A stretch of 31,901 nt of DNA from the IMG/VR virus record IMGVR_UViG_2537561827_000016; one strand, given 5' to 3'. The notes beneath the pieces were generated by a model. That model was not told the origin of the DNA, did not search any database, and was given only the letters and a program-made list of their open reading frames with translations. Source of the DNA: a virus (lineage: Duplodnaviria; Heunggongvirae; Uroviricota; Caudoviricetes). Positions 26,724 to 31,901 of the stretch are shown piece by piece (position 1 is the first letter of the stretch; every line of letters starts with the position of its first letter). Made by a program: the position numbers and the translations under genes.

Positions 26724-29163
26724 CAATGTAAAATTACAGGTATTGCTCAGGGCTGTTGACCAGGCATCCCGCCCGTTTAAATCCATCCGTACAGCGAGCA
26801 AGTCGCTGTCGGGGGATATCCGGGAAACACAAAAATCACTGCGCGAGCTGAACGGTCAGGTATCCCGTATTGAGGGATTCCGTAAGACCAGCGCACAGCT
26901 TGCCGTAACTGGTCATGCACTTGAAAAGGCACGGCAGGAGGCCGAAGCCCTTGCCACACAGTTTAAAAACACCGAACGACCGACCCGTGCTCAGGCGAAA
27001 GTGCTGGAATCCGCAAAGCGTGCGGCGGAGGACTTACAGGCGAAATATAACCGCCTGACGGATTCCGTTAAACGCCAGCAGCGGGAACTGGCCGCTGTGG
27101 GAATTAATACCCGCAATCTTGCACATGATGAGCAGGGACTGAAAAACCGTATCAGTGAAACCATCGCACAACTTAACCGTCAGCGTGACGCGCTGGCGCG
27201 TGTCAGTGCGCAACAGGCCAAACTTAACGCAGTCAAACAGCGTTATCAGGCCGGAAAGGAACTGGCCGGAAATATGGCCTCAGTGGGCGCTGCCGGTGTG
27301 GGGATTGCGGCGGCGGGAACGATGGCCGGAGTTAAGTTGCTGATGCCCGGTTATGAGTTTGCGCAGAAAAACTCAGAATTGCAGGCCGTGCTCGGAGTGG
27401 CAAAAGACTCCGCCGAAATGACCGCACTACGCAAACAGGCGCGCCAGCTCGGCGACAATACCGCCGCCTCGGCGGATGATGCGGTCGGTGCACAGATAAT
27501 CATCGCGAAAGCGGGTGGGGATGTTGATGCCATTCAGGCGGCAACGCCGGTCACGCTGAATATGGCGCTGGCGAATCAGCGGTCGATGGAAGAAAACGCG
27601 CAACTGTTGCTGGGGACTAAGGCATCCTTTCAACTGTCAAATGATGATGTCAGCCATGTGGGCGACGTGTTGTCGGCAACGATGAATAAGTCGGCGGCTG
27701 ATTTTCAGGGACTCAGTGATGCACTGACTTACCTCGGTCCGGTCGCAAGAACGGCAGGTGTAAGTCTTGAGCAGGCAGCAGCCATGACCGGTGTGCTGCA
27801 TGACAATAACATCAGGGGGTCAATGGCGGGTACGGGTAGTAGTGCCGTTGTCACCCGATTACAGGCTCCGACTGGAAAAGCATGGGATGCACTCAAAGAG
27901 CTTGGCGTTAAAACCTCGGACAAAAAGGGAAATATGCGTCCGTTGTTCACCATTCTGAAAGAGATTCAGGCCAGCTTTGATAAACACAAGCTGGGAACGT
28001 CTCAGAAGGGGGAATACCTTAAAACCATTTTTGGTGAGGAAGCCCTGAAATCAGCGAACGTTTTACTGGCAGCGGCAGCAAGCGGAAAACTGGATACGCT
28101 GACCGCCACGCTGAAAGCCTCGGACAGTAAAACGGAAGAGCTGGTTAAAATCATGCAGGATAACCTCGGCGGTGACTTTAAGGAGTTTCAGTCCGCTTAT
28201 GAGGCTGTGGGGACTGACCTGTTTGACCAGCAGGAAGGCGCGCTGCGTAAGCTCACGCAGACGGCCACAAAGTATGTGTTAAAACTCGACGGCTGGATAC
28301 AGAAAAACAAATCACTGGCGTCAACCATCGGCCTCATTGCCGGCGGTGCACTGGCGCTGACTGGCATCATCGGTGCCATTGGCCTTGTAGCCTGGCCGGT
28401 TATCACCGGCATCAATGCCATTATCGCGGCAGCAGGCGCAATGGGGGCAATCTTCACGACGGTTGGTAGTGCCGTTATGACGGCCATCGGTGCGATTAGC
28501 TGGCCGGTTGTGGCCGTGGTGGCTGCCATTGTCGCCGGGGCGTTGCTTATCCGTAAATACTGGGAGCCTGTCAGCGCATTCTTTGGCGGTGTGGTTGAAG
28601 GGCTGAAAGCGGCATTTGCGCCGGTGGGGGAGCTGTTCACGCCACTTAAGCCGGTGTTTGACTGGCTGGGCGAAAAGTTACAGGCCGCGTGGCAGTGGTT
28701 TACAAACCTGATTGCTCCGGTTAAAGCCACACAGGACACCCTGAACCGTTGCCGTGACACGGGCGTCATGTTCGGGCAGGCACTGGCTGACGCGCTGATG
28801 CTGCCGCTTAATGCGTTCAACAAACTGCGCAGCGGTATTGACTGGGTACTGGAAAAACTCGGTGTTATCAACAAAGAGTCAGACACACTTGACCAGACCG
28901 CCGCCAGAACTCATGCCGCCACGTATGGCACCGGTGGTTATATTCCGGCGACCAGCTCTTATGCAGGCTATCAGGCTTATCAGCCGGTCACGGCACCGGC
29001 TGGCCGCTCTTATGTGGACCAGAGTAAAAACGAATATCACATCAGCCTGACGGGTGGTACTGCGCCGGGGACACAGCTTGACCGCCAGTTACAGGATGCG
29101 CTCGAAAAATACGAGCGGGATAAACGTGCGCGCGCCCGTGCCAGCATGATGCATGACGGTTAA
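26716..29163 (+). CDS. T: Tail tape measure protein
   Basis: 815 aa, same as P2 gpT; coiled-coil N-terminal half, Gly/Ala-rich hydrophobic region. Confidence 0.93.
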   Translation: MSNNVKLQVLLRAVDQASRPFKSIRTASKSLSGDIRETQKSLRELNGQVSRIEGFRKTSAQLAVTGHALEKARQEAEALATQFKNTERPTRAQAKVLESAKRAAEDLQAKYNRLTDSVKRQQRELAAVGINTRNLAHDEQGLKNRISETIAQLNRQRDALARVSAQQAKLNAVKQRYQAGKELAGNMASVGAAGVGIAAAGTMAGVKLLMPGYEFAQKNSELQAVLGVAKDSAEMTALRKQARQLGDNTAASADDAVGAQIIIAKAGGDVDAIQAATPVTLNMALANQRSMEENAQLLLGTKASFQLSNDDVSHVGDVLSATMNKSAADFQGLSDALTYLGPVARTAGVSLEQAAAMTGVLHDNNIRGSMAGTGSSAVVTRLQAPTGKAWDALKELGVKTSDKKGNMRPLFTILKEIQASFDKHKLGTSQKGEYLKTIFGEEALKSANVLLAAAASGKLDTLTATLKASDSKTEELVKIMQDNLGGDFKEFQSAYEAVGTDLFDQQEGALRKLTQTATKYVLKLDGWIQKNKSLASTIGLIAGGALALTGIIGAIGLVAWPVITGINAIIAAAGAMGAIFTTVGSAVMTAIGAISWPVVAVVAAIVAGALLIRKYWEPVSAFFGGVVEGLKAAFAPVGELFTPLKPVFDWLGEKLQAAWQWFTNLIAPVKATQDTLNRCRDTGVMFGQALADALMLPLNAFNKLRSGIDWVLEKLGVINKESDTLDQTAARTHAATYGTGGYIPATSSYAGYQAYQPVTAPAGRSYVDQSKNEYHISLTGGTAPGTQLDRQLQDALEKYERDKRARARASMMHDG

Positions 29164-29177
29164 GGAGGTGACGAAAA

Positions 29178-29657
29178 ATGATGCTCGCGTTAGGTATGTT
29201 TGTTTTTATGCGCCAGACGCTGCCACACCAGACCATGCAGCGTGAATCAGATTATCGCTGGCCGTCAAATTCCCGTATCGGTAAACGGGAGGCCTACCAG
29301 TTTCTCGGTGTGGGTGAGGAAAACATGACGCTTGCCGGTGTGCTTTATCCCGAACTGACCGGCGGAAAGCTGACGATGACCACGCTCAGGCTGATGGCAG
29401 ATGAAGGCCGGGCGTGGCCGTTGCTGGATGGCACTGGCATGATTTACGGCATGTATGTCATCAGCAAGGTGAGTGAAACAGGGAGTATTTTCTTTGCAGA
29501 CGGCACACCCCGAAAAATTGATTTTACGCTGTCGCTCACCCGCGTTGACGAATCACTGGCCGCGCTTTATGGCGATATCGGTAAACAGGCGGAATCGCTC
29601 ATCGGTAAGGCTGGCAGTATGGCGACCAGATTCACGGGTATGACGGGGGCGGGATAA
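29178..29657 (+). CDS. U: Tail protein U
   Basis: 159 aa, P2 gpU size and position. Confidence 0.9.
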   Translation: MMLALGMFVFMRQTLPHQTMQRESDYRWPSNSRIGKREAYQFLGVGEENMTLAGVLYPELTGGKLTMTTLRLMADEGRAWPLLDGTGMIYGMYVISKVSETGSIFFADGTPRKIDFTLSLTRVDESLAALYGDIGKQAESLIGKAGSMATRFTGMTGAG

Positions 29658-30820
29658 TGCTGGATGCGCTGACATTTGATGCAGGCAGTACGCTGACGCC
29701 GGATTACATGCTGATGCTCGACAGCAGGGATATTACCGGCAATATCAGCGACCGTCTGATGAGCATGACCCTGACGGATAACCGGGGCTTTGAGGCTGAC
29801 CAGCTTGATATTGAACTGAACGATGCCGACGGGCAGGTCGGGCTGCCGATTCGTGGCGCTGTCCTGACGGTGTATATCGGCTGGAAAGGCTTTGCCCTGG
29901 TATGCAAAGGGAAATTTACCGTTGATGAGGTTGAACACCGGGGCGCACCGGATGTGGTCACCATCCGTGCCCGGAGTGCAGATTTTCGTGGGACGCTCAA
30001 TTCCCGCCGGGAAGGCTCCTGGCATGACACCACGCTCGGTGCGATTGTTGAGGCGATAGCCTCCCGTAACAGGCTGGAAGCCAGTGTCGCTCCGTCACTG
30101 GCCGGAATTAAAATCCCGCACATCGACCAGTCGCAGGAGTCTGATGTGAAATTCCTGACCCGTCTTGCTGAACGCAACGGCGGCGAGGTGTCGGTAAAAA
30201 TGGGAAAACTGCTGTTTCTCAAAGCAGGGCAGGGGGTGACGGCCAGCGGTAAAAAAATCCCGCAGATTACCATCACCCGCAGCGACGGCGACCGCCATCA
30301 TTTTGCGATTGCTGACCGTGGAGCCTATACCGGCGTAACGGCAAAGTGGTTACACACCAAAGACCCGAAGCCACAAAAGCAGAAGGTAAAACTGAAACGC
30401 AAAAAGAAAGAGAAACACCTGCGCGCACTGGAGCACCCGAAAGCGAAACCAGTCACGCAGAAGAAAGCGTCAAAAGTACCGGAAGCGCGCGAAGGTGAAT
30501 ACATGGCAGGTGAGGCTGACAACGTTTTTGCCCTGACCACGGTATATGCCACGAAAGCGCAGGCCATGCGCGCCGCTCAGGCGAAGTGGGACAAACTGCA
30601 ACGGGGCGTCGCGGAGTTCTCCATCAGCCTTGCCACTGGTCGTGCTGATATTTACACGGAAACACCGGTCAGAGTGTCAGGCTTTAAGCGCGTCATAGAC
30701 GAGCAGGACTGGACAATCACTAAGGTGACACATTTTCTGAATAATAGCGGCTTCACGACGTCCTTAGAGCTTGAGGTCAGGCTTTCTGATGTGGAGTACG
30801 AAACAGAAGATGATGATTAA
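29657..30820 (+). CDS. D: Tail protein D (late control gene D family)
   Basis: 387 aa, P2 gpD size and position. Confidence 0.9.
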   Translation: MLDALTFDAGSTLTPDYMLMLDSRDITGNISDRLMSMTLTDNRGFEADQLDIELNDADGQVGLPIRGAVLTVYIGWKGFALVCKGKFTVDEVEHRGAPDVVTIRARSADFRGTLNSRREGSWHDTTLGAIVEAIASRNRLEASVAPSLAGIKIPHIDQSQESDVKFLTRLAERNGGEVSVKMGKLLFLKAGQGVTASGKKIPQITITRSDGDRHHFAIADRGAYTGVTAKWLHTKDPKPQKQKVKLKRKKKEKHLRALEHPKAKPVTQKKASKVPEAREGEYMAGEADNVFALTTVYATKAQAMRAAQAKWDKLQRGVAEFSISLATGRADIYTETPVRVSGFKRVIDEQDWTITKVTHFLNNSGFTTSLELEVRLSDVEYETEDDD

Positions 30821-30900
30821 TGTTTTGTTTTATCTGTTTGTTTTATAAGGATAAATTAAATAAAATGGCACCATTAACAAAACCGGAAGAGGTGCTCGCG

Positions 30901-31119
30901 ATGTTTCATTGTCCTTTATGCCAGCATGCCGCACATGCGCGTACAAGTCGCTATATCACTGACACGACAAAAGAGCGTTATCACCAGTGCCAGAACGTGA
31001 ATTGCAGCGCTACGTTCATCACTTATGAGTCGGTACAGCGATACATCGTGAAGCCGGGAGAAGTCCACGCCGTGAGGCCGCACCCGTTGCCGTCAGGGCA
31101 GCAAATTATGTGGATGTAA
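30901..31119 (+). CDS. ogr: Late-gene transcriptional activator Ogr (C4 zinc finger)
   Basis: 72 aa from ATG 30901 (MFHCPLCQHAAHARTSRYITDTTKERYHQCQNVNC...); CxxC-N22-CxxxxC zinc-finger pattern and length match P2 Ogr. Confidence 0.9.
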   Translation: MFHCPLCQHAAHARTSRYITDTTKERYHQCQNVNCSATFITYESVQRYIVKPGEVHAVRPHPLPSGQQIMWM

Positions 31120-31129
31120 TTACAAACAG

Positions 31130-31160
31130 AAAGCCCCTCAGTCGAGGGGCTTTCTGTTTT
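31130..31160 (+). terminator. Rho-independent terminator after ogr
   Basis: Hairpin AAAGCCCCTC-agtc-GAGGGGCTTT followed by CTGTTTT. Confidence 0.7.
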
Positions 31161-31259
31161 GGGGAATATTCTTCATTAAAAGTAGTGGATCACGTTTAAT
31201 AAACTATGTTTATCATATACTTAAAAGTAACTTTTTAAAGTTGGACAGGTTGGTGGAAA

Positions 31260-31901
31260 ATGGAAAAAGTTATAATTGAGCTTGATAATCGTTGGGAGTT
31301 AGCTGATTTCGCGGTCTTAACGAAAGAGTATTTGCAGCTATATGGTTTTTTTTATGGCCTAAAAGGAGGATCAAGAGGATATTCAACAATGCCTTGGGAG
31401 GGTGGGCACAGTGTAGTGAACTTTTTTAGAGGGGCTTACAGTGCGACTCCACCAGATTTACGTCCTGTAGTGAAAAAAATTCAGTATGCCTCTCCTGGCT
31501 TTATTGAATTGTCTGCTCTTATTGATATCTCTTGGCAGATTGCTGAGTTAGTTACTGCTGTTGGTGGAAGTATTCTGGCTGCCAACAAAGTTTACGATCA
31601 GGTGATGCGTACATATCGACAAAGAGAATGGGCAAAGTTGAAATCAGAGAAGCTGCGTATACAGAATCAAATTAAAGAGATTGAACTTGTTTCTGACGCA
31701 GTTAAATCACTTGAATCTGTGATGGCACTTAGTGAAGAACAACGTAAAAACTTGGTTCAACTATCGGGGGCAGATGAACTGGTTCAGTTAAAGATACTTT
31801 TGGCTGTTTACCGACGGTTATCTCCTCTTGTTGAGTTGCAAAACAGCGGGAAAGCTAATTTTTCTGCAGGGAAAAATAAAAATTTAAAAGCGTCCGATTA
31901 A
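31260..31901 (+). CDS. Hypothetical protein, AT-rich, C-terminal coiled-coil-like region
   Basis: 213-aa ORF with complete stop at 31899-31901, preceded by an AT-rich intergenic region. Not the fieF gene that follows cpxP in E. coli K-12. No recognised domain. Confidence 0.55.
   Translation: MEKVIIELDNRWELADFAVLTKEYLQLYGFFYGLKGGSRGYSTMPWEGGHSVVNFFRGAYSATPPDLRPVVKKIQYASPGFIELSALIDISWQIAELVTAVGGSILAANKVYDQVMRTYRQREWAKLKSEKLRIQNQIKEIELVSDAVKSLESVMALSEEQRKNLVQLSGADELVQLKILLAVYRRLSPLVELQNSGKANFSAGKNKNLKASD

Larger units (their letters stand above)
569..31160. mobile_element. P2-family (Peduovirus-like) prophage; boundaries approximate, att cores not identified
   Basis: Contiguous P2 synteny int-C-cox-B-A-[cargo]-cos-Q-P-O-N-M-L-X-Y-K-lysABC-R-S-V-W-J-I-H-G-FI-FII-E-T-U-D-ogr. 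Starts right after the cpxP terminator and ends after the ogr terminator. Confidence 0.85.

Noticed and set aside
569-31259. AAAAGTAA-containing similarity between the left (about 585-602) and right (about 31175-31240) boundaries as the att core
   Set aside because: Too short and AT-rich to distinguish from chance; no convincing direct repeat of 15 bp or more was found by eye.
1-31901. tRNA genes or CRISPR arrays
   Set aside because: No cloverleaf-like tRNA candidate was seen at the integration site, and no array of regularly spaced direct repeats was seen anywhere in the window.

Overview
The window is almost entirely one P2-family (Peduovirus-like) prophage, inserted immediately downstream of the host gene cpxP (1-501) and its terminator. 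Gene order is that of an integrated P2: int, C repressor, cox, small early ORFs, B, replication initiator A, then an AT-rich cargo block where P2 carries orf91/tin/old, then cos, the Q-P terminase/portal genes, the O-N-M-L capsid genes, lysis genes (X, Y, K, lysA, lysB, lysC), tail and baseplate genes (R, S, V, W, J, I, H, G, FI, FII, E/E', T, U, D) and ogr. Calls rest on reading the supplied ORF translations against recalled P2 proteins and motifs; no database search was run. The main hunt result is the cargo block at about 6.46-9.94 kb: a compact C5-cytosine DNA methyltransferase lying tail-to-tail with a two-gene operon on the opposite strand (a ParB/Srx-like nuclease-domain protein and an unrecognisable 329-aa protein). 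I propose this as a candidate, possibly undescribed, restriction-modification-like or other anti-phage system. Other observations: the tail-fibre gene H is split by an apparent 1-nt frameshift inside a repeated motif and ends in a glycine-rich domain; the Z/fun cargo site is empty; an AT-rich ORF sits in the early operon; another AT-rich ORF lies beyond ogr at the probable right boundary. Attachment-site cores were not resolved.
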